Shown: one piece after another, positions 9,399 to 18,521 of the stretch
Position numbering within the stretch: the stretch's first letter is position 1
Layout of the letters: each line of letters starts with the position of its first letter
Source of the DNA: Planctomycetota bacterium
GTDB lineage: Bacteria > Planctomycetota > UBA8108 > SXIK01
DNA: 64,000 nt
Direction: 5' to 3'
Assembly (NCBI GenBank): GCA_965223265.1
Contig: OZ244999.1
Location: 2,976,001 to 3,040,000, forward strand
Made by a program: the position numbers and the translations under genes
Notes under the pieces: model-generated
Databases searched by the model: none
Seen by the model: the letters and a program-made list of their open reading frames with translations, nothing else
Told to the model about the DNA's origin: nothing

Positions 9399-10091
9399 TT
9401 AGACACCACGCGTTTGCGGAGACCACAGGACTTTGTGCAACTGCAGGTTGAGTCTCACTGGCAATTTGTCCTCGTGAATCCAGGCGAGGAGCTCGCGTGG
9501 ATCGAGGCTCCCGAAGACCGGCGAGAAGAGAATCGGTACGATCGATGGAACTCGTTTTCGCGCCTGTCTCAACCACTCGCGTGCCCATTCGTAGTCCGTA
9601 CGGTCGTTGAGGACCAGCTTCAGTTCATCCCCAGCACGCAGATTCTGGAGCACTTGAGATCGGTTGTGTTGTTCCATGCCGCTCCCTGGCGCTTTCCAGT
9701 CAACGATGCGCCGGACGCGGGGGTCGACACGGTCGATCGGCACGGCGCCGCTCGTCTCGAGCAGTACTTCATAGCCCTCTTCGCAGAGTTCCGTCAGGAG
9801 CGGGTAGACCGCCTTTTGCAGGAGCGGCTCACCACCGGTGACTTCGACCAGGTTGCAGCCGGCGCTGTGCGCTTGATTCAGGCAGTCGTCAACCGTGTGA
9901 ATTGATCCATCGAAGAACGCATACTCTGAATCACACCACGTGCAGCGCAAATGGCAGCCGCACAGGCGGATGAAGAAGCAAGGCCGGCCGGCATGTGTGC
10001 TTTCACCTTGGACGCTGAGGAAAAACTCACTGACGAAAAGCTCTCGTGAGCCGAGATCGCGGAGCTGCGGGGGAAGAAGCGGCGAATTCAC
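9399..10091 (-). CDS. queE: 7-carboxy-7-deazaguanine synthase-like radical SAM enzyme
   Basis: SVQGES, FIRLCGCHLRCTWCDS (CxxxCxxC), TGGEPLLQ, LETSG and LQLHK motifs. Confidence 0.88.
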   Translation of the reverse strand: MNSPLLPPQLRDLGSRELFVSEFFLSVQGESTHAGRPCFFIRLCGCHLRCTWCDSEYAFFDGSIHTVDDCLNQAHSAGCNLVEVTGGEPLLQKAVYPLLTELCEEGYEVLLETSGAVPIDRVDPRVRRIVDWKAPGSGMEQHNRSQVLQNLRAGDELKLVLNDRTDYEWAREWLRQARKRVPSIVPILFSPVFGSLDPRELLAWIHEDKLPVRLNLQLHKVLWSPQTRGV

Positions 10092-10648
10092 GAGTGTACC
10101 AGCATCTTTTCGCGCAGCGTGGTCGCCAGGCTTCTCCCTCGGAGTTGGGCGACGATCTCGAGCGCGAAGTCGATCGCAGTGCCAACTCCTCGACTGGTCA
10201 TCACGTTGCCATCGACGACGACAGGAGTATCGACGGACGTTGCTCCGACCAGTTGATCTTCAAATCCTGGGTAGCTTGTCGCTCTCTTGCCGACAAGCGC
10301 GCCGGCCGCGCCAAGCGCGATGGGGGCGGCGCAAATCGCGCCGACCTTTCGTCCGTCCATAACCTGTTGTTTGATCATTTTCTGCACGACCGGGTGGTCA
10401 CGAAGATTGACCGCGCCGGGCATGCCGCCAGGAAGGAGAACGAGATCCCACTCTTTGTGCAGTGCCTCGGGCAGGGAGATGTCGGCCTGAATCGAGATTT
10501 CATGGCTGCCGCGTACGTGGTTGTCGTGCCCTTCCGTAGTGACAGCCACCGTGGTCACCTGGATTTCAGCGCGCCGGAGGATGTCGATCAGAGCCACCGC
10601 CTCGATCTCTTCGAACCCATCCGCAAGAAGCACGCATACGCTATTCAT
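10088..10648 (-). CDS. DJ-1/ThiJ/YajL family protein
   Basis: GFEEIEA, LPGGMPGA, AICAAP (nucleophile Cys) and TSRGVGTA motifs. Confidence 0.9.
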   Translation of the reverse strand: MNSVCVLLADGFEEIEAVALIDILRRAEIQVTTVAVTTEGHDNHVRGSHEISIQADISLPEALHKEWDLVLLPGGMPGAVNLRDHPVVQKMIKQQVMDGRKVGAICAAPIALGAAGALVGKRATSYPGFEDQLVGATSVDTPVVVDGNVMTSRGVGTAIDFALEIVAQLRGRSLATTLREKMLVHS

Positions 10649-10744
10649 TTTTCACGATCTCCGAGACAACGAATTCAATCCTCGATTTCGCAACGGACGA
10701 GTCTCTTCTCGTCGAGCCCTATCCAGCCTTCGTAGATGTCGAGT

Positions 10745-11962
10745 TCAACGACCCACGTCCAAGACGGTTGTTTTTTGTACGAGACTTTCGACTTCGGAAT
10801 CGACGTCGAATATCTCTTCGGCTCGACTCAAATCGGCCGGGGTCGAATGAGTGACTGGGTTCGCTGGCATCAGATACGAACAGCAGTCGTCATGCGGTTC
10901 AATGGATGTCTCGTAGGTCCCGATGCGTTTGGCCGTCGCGATGATTTCGATTTTGTCCATGCCGATGAGAGGTCTCAGAATCGGCAATGGGCAGGCGGCG
11001 TCGATTGTGTGGAGATTCTCCAGGGTTTGGCTCGCCACTTGCCCGAGACTTTCGCCAGTGACGAGGGCGAGCGCCGATTCACTTGCGGCGATGGCGGCGG
11101 CGACGCGCACCATGAATCGGCGATAGAGGATGACGCGCAGGCCTGCACGACAGTCTGTGACGATGCGCCGTTGAAGCTCCGTGAACGGTACCATGTAGAG
11201 GCGTGAGGGAATGCCGACCGGATGGACCTTCGCGACGAGATCTTGAACCTTTTGTTGGCTCTCGATGCCCGTGTGGGGATAGCTGTGGAAGTGGACGTAC
11301 GACGGCACCGATCCGCGTAGCAACATTCGGTAGGCGGCAACCGGCGAGTCGATTCCTCCCGACTGCAGACAAACGACGCGTCCCGACACTCCACTTGGGA
11401 GGCCGCCAGGTCCGTCGATGCGCGACAGCGCCACGAACGCGGCGTTGTTGACGAGCTCGATGCGGATCACGAGTTCCGGATCGTTGAGATTGACTGGCCA
11501 GCCTTTGAGCCCTTGCACGTGGGCTCCTATCTGGCGTTGGACGTCCATCGAGTCGAAGGGCAGGGATTTCGAGGAGCGTTTGCACTGGACGGCGAACCGA
11601 GGGTCGTCGTCGATTCCGGCGATGAGACGACCGGTCGTGGTGCGGAGCTCGTCGAGTGTCGAGGCGCAGGAGACGGCCGGCACGAGATACGACACTCCGT
11701 AGACGCGGCTTGCAGCCTGCGCGACCCGCCGCCAGTTCGTCGGTGGGTCGATACGTATCGCCAACCGGCCGAAGAGTCGCTGAACGGATGGAGCCTCTCC
11801 AGCCGAGTCAACCGTCTGTAGAGCGCGCCGTAGATTCTTGACGAGGCGGTTTTCGAAACGACCTCGGTTTCTACCCTTCAGTCCAACTTCGTTGTAGTGA
11901 ACGACGATGTGAGACGCGTCGATGGTTTCTGCGGCTGTCTGTCCGATACTCTGGAGTTTCAT
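10745..11962 (-). CDS. thiI: tRNA 4-thiouridine(8) synthase, form without a rhodanese domain
   Basis: YNEVGLKGRNR, THUMP region, PP-loop SGGIDSPVA, GESLGQVASQT, RPLIGMDK and DCC motifs. Confidence 0.93.
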   Translation of the reverse strand: MKLQSIGQTAAETIDASHIVVHYNEVGLKGRNRGRFENRLVKNLRRALQTVDSAGEAPSVQRLFGRLAIRIDPPTNWRRVAQAASRVYGVSYLVPAVSCASTLDELRTTTGRLIAGIDDDPRFAVQCKRSSKSLPFDSMDVQRQIGAHVQGLKGWPVNLNDPELVIRIELVNNAAFVALSRIDGPGGLPSGVSGRVVCLQSGGIDSPVAAYRMLLRGSVPSYVHFHSYPHTGIESQQKVQDLVAKVHPVGIPSRLYMVPFTELQRRIVTDCRAGLRVILYRRFMVRVAAAIAASESALALVTGESLGQVASQTLENLHTIDAACPLPILRPLIGMDKIEIIATAKRIGTYETSIEPHDDCCSYLMPANPVTHSTPADLSRAEEIFDVDSEVESLVQKTTVLDVGR

Positions 11963-12136
11963 TCGGGGCGTGCGGGTCGATCACCACTTCGTCAATGAGA
12001 CCTCAGTAGAATTCCTGATTCTCGATTCTTTGGCGCCTTTTTTCAAACCCCCAGCAGGTTTTTCTGCGTCTGTGGTCTGGCCAAAGGTGGCTGCCGTCGC
12101 GGTGGCTTCGCCCCAGTCGGGCCGCGACCAAGCCCT

Positions 12137-13762
12137 TCACGCTCTCGAGTCGCTCGAGGCGGTGCAGAGAGTTTCCTGCCACTCGAGATCACGAAAGTAT
12201 TCGCTGCGGGCGGCTTGGCGTTCTCTGGGAGCGGAGGCGCCGAACCTCTCGATCGCGGCATCGACGGCATCGTAGACCGACCGTCCTCCATCGCGCGTGA
12301 ATCGGAGCGCGGTCCTTCGGCGCAAGAAATCCTCGGGGTAGACGACGAACTCGTTGTGGATTCCGTACACCACTTCGCCGACAGTCTCGTCGACGCCCTC
12401 GGCGAGCGGCGCCGCGAGTGCCGAGTTCTCCCACAGGTCGATGATTGCACGCGCTCTGCAGCCATAACGATCATAGAGGCGGCGCAGGACTGACTCTTCG
12501 ATCGGGTTGCTGGTGGTGGCGCGGAAGCGGTCTAGGAAGACTTCCCAAGTGCCGCCTTCGGCACCCGGTAGAGGCGTGCGGTGCGTAGAACACACCGATC
12601 CCGGAAAGATGCGATCGACGACGTCGCGGGCGACGGCACGGTACGTCGTATATTTGCCGCCGAAGACGGTCAGGACGTTGCCCTCTTCGACGATCTTGTG
12701 CACGCGAGACACGGCTCCCGTCTTGCGTAGATTGCGCGACGACTCGCGCGCGAGGGGGCGTATGCCGGCAAATGTCCCGATGATGTCAGTCGAGTTGAGT
12801 TGCAACCGAGGAAACAGTCGGCGCAGCTCATCTAGGAGGTAGCGAACCTCCTCCGGTTCGACGCGAATCTCGTCTGCGGGGTCGCCGCACGGTGTCTCAG
12901 TCGTGCCGACGAGCGCGCTCCCTCGCCAAGGAATCAGGAAAAAAACGCGCTGGTCCTTGGAGTGGCTCATAAGAACTCCGTCCTGCATGGGAAATGCGGG
13001 CATGAGGAGGTGGATTCCCTTCGAGCGCACCAAGTGTTTGGGTTCCGTCCACGGGCCCAACGCCCGAACGACGTGATGGGCTTCAATCTTGTGCTCCATA
13101 CCGGTGACGAGGTCCTCGAGCTGCACTCGAGCGGGCGTCCCGGGCTGAACATGGGTCACGCGGCTGTAGTTTCTAATCGTGACGGAGTCCTTCTGCCCAG
13201 CCTCCAGGGCGCCGATGACGTTCGCGAGGCAGAGTCGAGCATCGTCCATGACCGCATCGTAGTAGAGTCCGCCCCCAACGAGACCGTCGTCGATCAGCTC
13301 CGGCACGCGCTCTAGCAGTTCGCTCTTAGTCAAGTGGCGAGCTTTACCGATACCGCGGCAACAAGCTAGCCAGTTGTAAAAAGCGAGACCGAGACGGATC
13401 ATCCAAAGCGGTCGCCCCACGTTTTCATACACGGGAATCACGAACGACTGACCACGTGCCAGATGCGGCGCCAATTTGAGGAGAAGGTGGCGCTCCCGCA
13501 AAGCCTCGTACACCAAGGGAAAACGTAGCTGCTCGAGGTAGCGGATCCCTCCGTGCAGCATCTTCGACGACTGACTTGAAGTCCCCTGGCCGAAGTCGCC
13601 CTGATCGAATAGCGCCACGCTCTTGCCGCGCAGGGCTGCGTCGAGCGCGATCCCAGCTCCATTGATGCCGCCTCCGACGACCGCCAGGTCGTACGGACCT
13701 GAGAGGAGTCTTTCGCGCTCAATATGTGCTCGGAGATGCACGGACTCTAGGGCGTCGGACAT
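12137..13762 (-). CDS. glpD: FAD-dependent glycerol-3-phosphate dehydrogenase/oxidase
   Basis: GGGINGAGIALDAALRG, GTSSQSSKMLHGGIRYLEQ, DDARL, GIRPL and GGKYTTYR motifs. Confidence 0.88.
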   Translation of the reverse strand: MSDALESVHLRAHIERERLLSGPYDLAVVGGGINGAGIALDAALRGKSVALFDQGDFGQGTSSQSSKMLHGGIRYLEQLRFPLVYEALRERHLLLKLAPHLARGQSFVIPVYENVGRPLWMIRLGLAFYNWLACCRGIGKARHLTKSELLERVPELIDDGLVGGGLYYDAVMDDARLCLANVIGALEAGQKDSVTIRNYSRVTHVQPGTPARVQLEDLVTGMEHKIEAHHVVRALGPWTEPKHLVRSKGIHLLMPAFPMQDGVLMSHSKDQRVFFLIPWRGSALVGTTETPCGDPADEIRVEPEEVRYLLDELRRLFPRLQLNSTDIIGTFAGIRPLARESSRNLRKTGAVSRVHKIVEEGNVLTVFGGKYTTYRAVARDVVDRIFPGSVCSTHRTPLPGAEGGTWEVFLDRFRATTSNPIEESVLRRLYDRYGCRARAIIDLWENSALAAPLAEGVDETVGEVVYGIHNEFVVYPEDFLRRRTALRFTRDGGRSVYDAVDAAIERFGASAPRERQAARSEYFRDLEWQETLCTASSDSRA

Positions 13763-13936
13763 TGTCGACTTGTCAAGATCTGAAGGCGAGAGCAGATGTG
13801 TCGGTAGGTGAGCGAAAAACCCGAGGTCTCACGTCTTTTTACGTCGGGATCGTGTCACAATTCCCGGAGCGTTGCAAGATGACGCGCGCTCGGGTTGAGT
13901 TCGTCTTGATGTGATCGAACCGGGAGGTGTGAACCT

Positions 13937-14386
13937 TTGCCGTTTGAGTTTATCGACCATACCGCCGACGCGGCGATGCGGCTTCGGGCTCCTGACTCGA
14001 CTGGGCTGCTGGAGGCGGCGACCGCGGGGCTATTGTCCCTGTACACTGGCAGTAACCGTAGCCACGGGAGGCAGGCAGCAACAGCCGACGAAGCGATGTC
14101 GCGCCACTCCCTGCGCCTAGACGCTTCGGACGGCGAAGGGCTGATCGTTACCTATCTTAACGAGTTGATCTACCTGTTTGATACGCAGGGATTGCTGACA
14201 GTCGCAATCGATATCGACCAGCTGAAATTGGCAGAACCGGCCTTGCTTGTAGCATCGATTACGTGTCGAAGATGGGATCCAGGCCACGAGATCCTGGCGA
14301 CTGAAGTCAAAGCCGCAACGTACCACGACATCGCAATTAAGCGTGATGCTGAAGGTTTGTCGGTTGATGTTGTCTTTGACTTATAA
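13937..14386 (+). CDS. Archease (SHS2 domain), TTG start
   Basis: FEFIDHTADA N-terminus, LNELIYL, EVKAATYH and VVFDL C-terminus; GGAGGTG Shine-Dalgarno upstream. Confidence 0.92.
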   Translation: MPFEFIDHTADAAMRLRAPDSTGLLEAATAGLLSLYTGSNRSHGRQAATADEAMSRHSLRLDASDGEGLIVTYLNELIYLFDTQGLLTVAIDIDQLKLAEPALLVASITCRRWDPGHEILATEVKAATYHDIAIKRDAEGLSVDVVFDL

Positions 14387-14433
14387 TTCGCTGTAGGAGA
14401 TCAGTAGCCTCAACGAGGAGCGAGCGAAAATCG

Positions 14434-15876
14434 ATGACGGTCGAGCTCCAGAAGGTCAACGATTGGTGCTGGCGTCTGCCGAGGGCGGGACGTATGCACA
14501 CCGACGGCATTGTTTTTGCGAGCGAACGACAGATCACTTCGCTTGCCACCGATCGGTGCTTGGATCAGGTGCGCAATGTCGCTTGTCTTCCGGGAATCGT
14601 GGGGCCATCGATCGGCATGCCTGACATCCATTGGGGATATGGATTTCCTATCGGCGGAGTTGCTGGATTCGATCTCGACGAGGGAGTCATCTCACCTGGC
14701 GGGGTTGGGTATGACATCAACTGCGGTGTCCGCCTGCTGACAACGTCGCTCCGCATCGGCGACATCCGCGAGCGAGTTCCTGCACTCGTTCAAGGACTTT
14801 TTCGCAAGATCCCAAGCGGCGTCGGGAAGTCGCGACGGGACTTGCGACTCAGCCGTGCCGACGCTCGGCGTATGGCGACGCAAGGGGCCCGGTGGGCTGT
14901 GCAGCAAGGATTTGGCTCGGCGGAAGATCTGGGCCACATCGAGGAGGGGGGATGTCTTGAGGGCGCAGATTTTGGCGAGATCAGCGACAGAGCGTTCGAG
15001 CGCGGACGCAGTCAGCTCGGCACGATTGGATCCGGAAACCACTTCGTCGAAGTTGGATATGTGGATGAAGTGTATGACACGCGGCTTGCGTCTCAGATCG
15101 GACTCGCGCCACAAATCGTGACTGTCATCATACACACCGGATCGAGAGGGTTTGGCTACCAGATCTGCGATGATTTTCTGAGAGACATGGTTCGAGCCGC
15201 TGCCCAACACGGAATTGACTTGCCGGATCGACAGCTCTGCTGCGCGCCGCTGAAGAGCGATGCCGGTCGTCGCTATTTCGCTGCGATGAAGTGCGGCGCG
15301 AACTTTGCTTTCAATAATCGTCAAATCGTCATGCACTGGGTGCGCGAGGCATTCGAGAATGACCTGGGCCTCGCACCCAAGGAGCATGGACTCCGCATCG
15401 TCTACGACGTGTGCCACAATATCGCCAAGGTGGAAGAGCATCGCATCGACGGCAAGGCACGTCGCGTCTGTGTGCATCGTAAGGGAGCTACGCGATCGTT
15501 TCCTGCCGGTCATCCTGATGTTCCCGAGGTGTACCGATCCGTTGGCCAGCCGGTTCTCGTGCCGGGTGACATGGGGCGCTATTCTTACGTCCTGGTCGGT
15601 CACCCCGAGGCGCCAGATTTTGCTTTCGCCAGCTGCTGCCATGGAGCCGGGAGAGTCTTGAGCCGCAGGGCAGCAAAGCGAGCCACGCGCGAGCGACACA
15701 TCATCCGAGAACTTGCGGAACGAGGAATCACAGTTGCGGCAGCGAGTCGGTCGACGGTCGACGAAGAGTTTCCAGATGCGTACAAAGACGTCTCGGAGGT
15801 GGTGGAGGTCGTCCACAACGCTCGGTTGGCACTTAAGGTCGGTCGCTTGCGTCCCGTCGGCGTCATCAAGGGGTAG
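14434..15876 (+). CDS. rtcB: RNA-splicing/repair ligase RtcB
   Basis: PDIHWGYGFPIGGV, GVGYDINCGVR, GSGNHFVE, HTGSRG, DVCHN, HRKGAT, CHGAGR and PDAYKDV motifs. Confidence 0.96.
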   Translation: MTVELQKVNDWCWRLPRAGRMHTDGIVFASERQITSLATDRCLDQVRNVACLPGIVGPSIGMPDIHWGYGFPIGGVAGFDLDEGVISPGGVGYDINCGVRLLTTSLRIGDIRERVPALVQGLFRKIPSGVGKSRRDLRLSRADARRMATQGARWAVQQGFGSAEDLGHIEEGGCLEGADFGEISDRAFERGRSQLGTIGSGNHFVEVGYVDEVYDTRLASQIGLAPQIVTVIIHTGSRGFGYQICDDFLRDMVRAAAQHGIDLPDRQLCCAPLKSDAGRRYFAAMKCGANFAFNNRQIVMHWVREAFENDLGLAPKEHGLRIVYDVCHNIAKVEEHRIDGKARRVCVHRKGATRSFPAGHPDVPEVYRSVGQPVLVPGDMGRYSYVLVGHPEAPDFAFASCCHGAGRVLSRRAAKRATRERHIIRELAERGITVAAASRSTVDEEFPDAYKDVSEVVEVVHNARLALKVGRLRPVGVIKG

Positions 15877-16137
15877 CGCCTCGAGCTCAGCCGTTTCGCA
15901 CCAGGATCGCCTCCGAGAAAGGCGCGGCGACGACACGACCAGGCGCCACGAGAACGGCCTGCCTCGAAATCAGGGCGTACTGAGTCGCCTGGCTGTAGCC
16001 AGCGTGAGTCCTGTGTATTGGATCAACAGCTGCTCGGTAGCACGTGCCGATCATCGAGGGTTGCGTGTTGCTCGCGAGAGTGGGCCGGTAAGATGACGAT
16101 ATGAATTGATGGCTTGGATTCACGGTGGTAGGTCGTC

Positions 16138-17067
16138 ATGATCTTTACGAGCGCAGACGAGTTCCTTGCGGCCGGGCAGAAGGTTGACGCCGGGACGACT
16201 TCGCGGTCGTCCGAACGGGCGGTTCTGCGCGCGGCCATGGTCGTCACACCGGCCGGGTTTCAGATTAGCGAGGAGTCCGCCCGGGACAACCGTTACATGC
16301 AAGTCGGCTCCAGCGTCGACCAGGAGCGTGCGCTGCGGCAGCACCAAGATGTGGTGACGACCCTCAATCGACTGGGAGTCCCCGTCCTCGTCTTCCCAGG
16401 GGTAGTAGGGCTCGAGGACGGTGTCTATCCGAACAACGTCTTCGCGACGATCCCACGTCGCCTCATCATCGGTTCGATGCGTCATGAGGTGCGTCGAGCC
16501 GAAGCGCAGCGCGCCGACATCAGGGAGCTCTTCACGAAGTCGTTTGGCTACGAGGTGGTAGACCTTTCGCTGCAGTCTTGTGTCGCTGAGCTCACGGGTC
16601 CGCTGGTGCTCGATCGAGCGCGAGGTCTCGGGATTTGCGGCATGACGGAGCGGGTCGACGAAGCCGGTTGTGAGCTCATGTCGAGAGCCTTTCAACTGCG
16701 TGCGACCTGGAGGGTCCCCTTGACGTCCAGTGAGTATCACACCAATTTGGTTTTGGCGGTGCTGGCCGGCCGCGGCAGCGTCGTCTATCCTCAGGCCTTT
16801 GAGAACGACGACGTCGCAGCCGTTCTCTCTGAACTCTACGACGGCAGAGTGCTCCAGTTAGACGAGGCCGAGAAGGAAAGTTTCGCGGCCAACTGTCTCG
16901 CTATCACAGCCCGAGACGTGTTGATGAGTGCTACGGCCACGGATGCACTTCGCCCTCAGTCGCGCCGACAGATCGAGGCTTGGGGATTCCGAGTTCATTC
17001 GGTCGCGATCGACGAGCTGGAGAAGGGCGGAGGAAGTCTCCGTTGTCTGATCGCCGAGGTGTTTTGA
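16138..17067 (+). CDS. Pentein/amidinotransferase-family hydrolase, similar to citrulline hydrolase CtlX
   Basis: DNRYMQ, DGVYPNN, ELTGPLVLDR, YHTNLVLAV and ELEKGGGSLRCLIAEVF motifs. Confidence 0.75.
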   Translation: MIFTSADEFLAAGQKVDAGTTSRSSERAVLRAAMVVTPAGFQISEESARDNRYMQVGSSVDQERALRQHQDVVTTLNRLGVPVLVFPGVVGLEDGVYPNNVFATIPRRLIIGSMRHEVRRAEAQRADIRELFTKSFGYEVVDLSLQSCVAELTGPLVLDRARGLGICGMTERVDEAGCELMSRAFQLRATWRVPLTSSEYHTNLVLAVLAGRGSVVYPQAFENDDVAAVLSELYDGRVLQLDEAEKESFAANCLAITARDVLMSATATDALRPQSRRQIEAWGFRVHSVAIDELEKGGGSLRCLIAEVF

Positions 17068-17081
17068 GCCAGGAGGTTGTA

Positions 17082-18368
17082 GTGAGGTTCAGTGTCCACT
17101 CCGAGATCGGGCCGCTGCGGCACGTTCTTGTGCATCGACCTGGCTTAGAAGTCGATTCGATGCCCCCGGCGCTGATGGAGGAGCTCCTCTTCGACGACAT
17201 CGTATACGGCCCGGAAGCGCGCCGCGAGCATGACCGATTCACGGCGGTGATGCGATGTCTTGGAGTTCACTGCCACGACCTCGAAGACCTTCTGTGCGCG
17301 GCCATCGGGACCGCGCACGATGGGGTTGCAGAGCTACTGACACAGATCCAAGAGCTTGAGGGAGTTGATCCTCACACCATGCGCGATTTGTCGGCGCTGC
17401 CACCGGATCGCCTTGCTGCGGCGTTGATTCAGGGGGTGCGCGTCGATCGAAAGGGGACGAGCGACGACGTGCCGTTTCTCCTGGCGCCAGTTCCGAACTT
17501 GCTCTTTTCACGCGACGCACAGGTGGTCATCGGGGATCACTTCATGGTCAGTGGAATGAATCGTCGTGTGCGGCGGCGAGAGGCATGCCTTAGCCGCTTT
17601 GCGTTTCGGCATCACGAGCAGTTTGCCGACAACCCGCTGTTGATTGATTTTTCCGAGCGCGAGACGGACCACGGGACGGTCCAGTGCCCTCACGGGACGC
17701 TCGAAGGCGGAGATGTTTTGATTTTCAACGAGGGGGTCGTCGTCGTCGGGCTTAGCGAACGCACGATGGAACCCGCGGTCGACCGACTCGTTGAGAGACT
17801 CCGTCGACTGAAGGGCCTCCACCATCTGATCATGGTGCCGATCCCAAGAAGTCGAAGCGCCATGCATCTTGACACGATCTTCACGCGTACCTCGGTGACG
17901 GAGTGCCTCGTTTACGCACCGATGATCATGCCGGGGCATCTGCAGACGGTTAGTGTGGTGTCAATCGATTTGAGAAAGTCGTCGGACTGGGGGCACCGAA
18001 TGCCCTCACTTCTGGACGCCCTCGCAGAACTTGACGTCAGACTCGAGCCGATCGCCTGCGGGGGTGAAGTGGATCCGATCCAGCAAGCGAGAGAGCAGTG
18101 GACCGACGGTGCGAACTCGTTTGCGATTCGTCCCGGCTTGATCCTCCTCTATGCCCGTAACGCGGCGACAGCGATGGAACTCGAGCGTCACGGCTATCAG
18201 ATCGTATCGGTCGACGAGATGGAGTTTTCACGTCAGGGCGAATGTCTCTTCGACTTCGAGCCGCAGCGGAAATACGCCGTGCTGGTCGCCGGTGGCGAGC
18301 TCTCGCGTGCTCGGGGCGGACCGCGCTGTATGACGATGCCGCTCGTTCGGGATCAGCTGGCGTCATGA
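17082..18368 (+). CDS. arcA: Arginine deiminase
   Basis: VHSEIGPLRHVLVHRPG, LLFDD, PNLLFSRD, LEGGD, MHLDT, EQWTDGAN and ELSRARGGPRCMTMPL motifs; GTG start after AGGAGG. Confidence 0.88.
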   Translation: MRFSVHSEIGPLRHVLVHRPGLEVDSMPPALMEELLFDDIVYGPEARREHDRFTAVMRCLGVHCHDLEDLLCAAIGTAHDGVAELLTQIQELEGVDPHTMRDLSALPPDRLAAALIQGVRVDRKGTSDDVPFLLAPVPNLLFSRDAQVVIGDHFMVSGMNRRVRRREACLSRFAFRHHEQFADNPLLIDFSERETDHGTVQCPHGTLEGGDVLIFNEGVVVVGLSERTMEPAVDRLVERLRRLKGLHHLIMVPIPRSRSAMHLDTIFTRTSVTECLVYAPMIMPGHLQTVSVVSIDLRKSSDWGHRMPSLLDALAELDVRLEPIACGGEVDPIQQAREQWTDGANSFAIRPGLILLYARNAATAMELERHGYQIVSVDEMEFSRQGECLFDFEPQRKYAVLVAGGELSRARGGPRCMTMPLVRDQLAS

Positions 18369-18521
18369 TCAAGAGGAGCAACCGCGGCGACAGCATTGCC
18401 GACAGCGTTCGCGTCGCTATAATGGGCGCCTTTGCCCAGCGTGAGGGGGGCTGGCTCGAACCGATGTCAGGAATTGTGAACGTGATCTCCCGGATGGCCC
18501 GATGGCGCTGCAGGACAGCAT

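Noticed and set aside
10088-10648. Missing hisH
   Set aside because: It shares the class I glutamine amidotransferase-like fold but has DJ-1 motifs and lacks the GICLG and HPE motifs of HisH.
16980-17081. N-terminal extension of arginine deiminase in the ORF track
   Set aside because: It overlaps the upstream gene; the GTG at 17082 has a strong AGGAGG and matches the family N-terminus.
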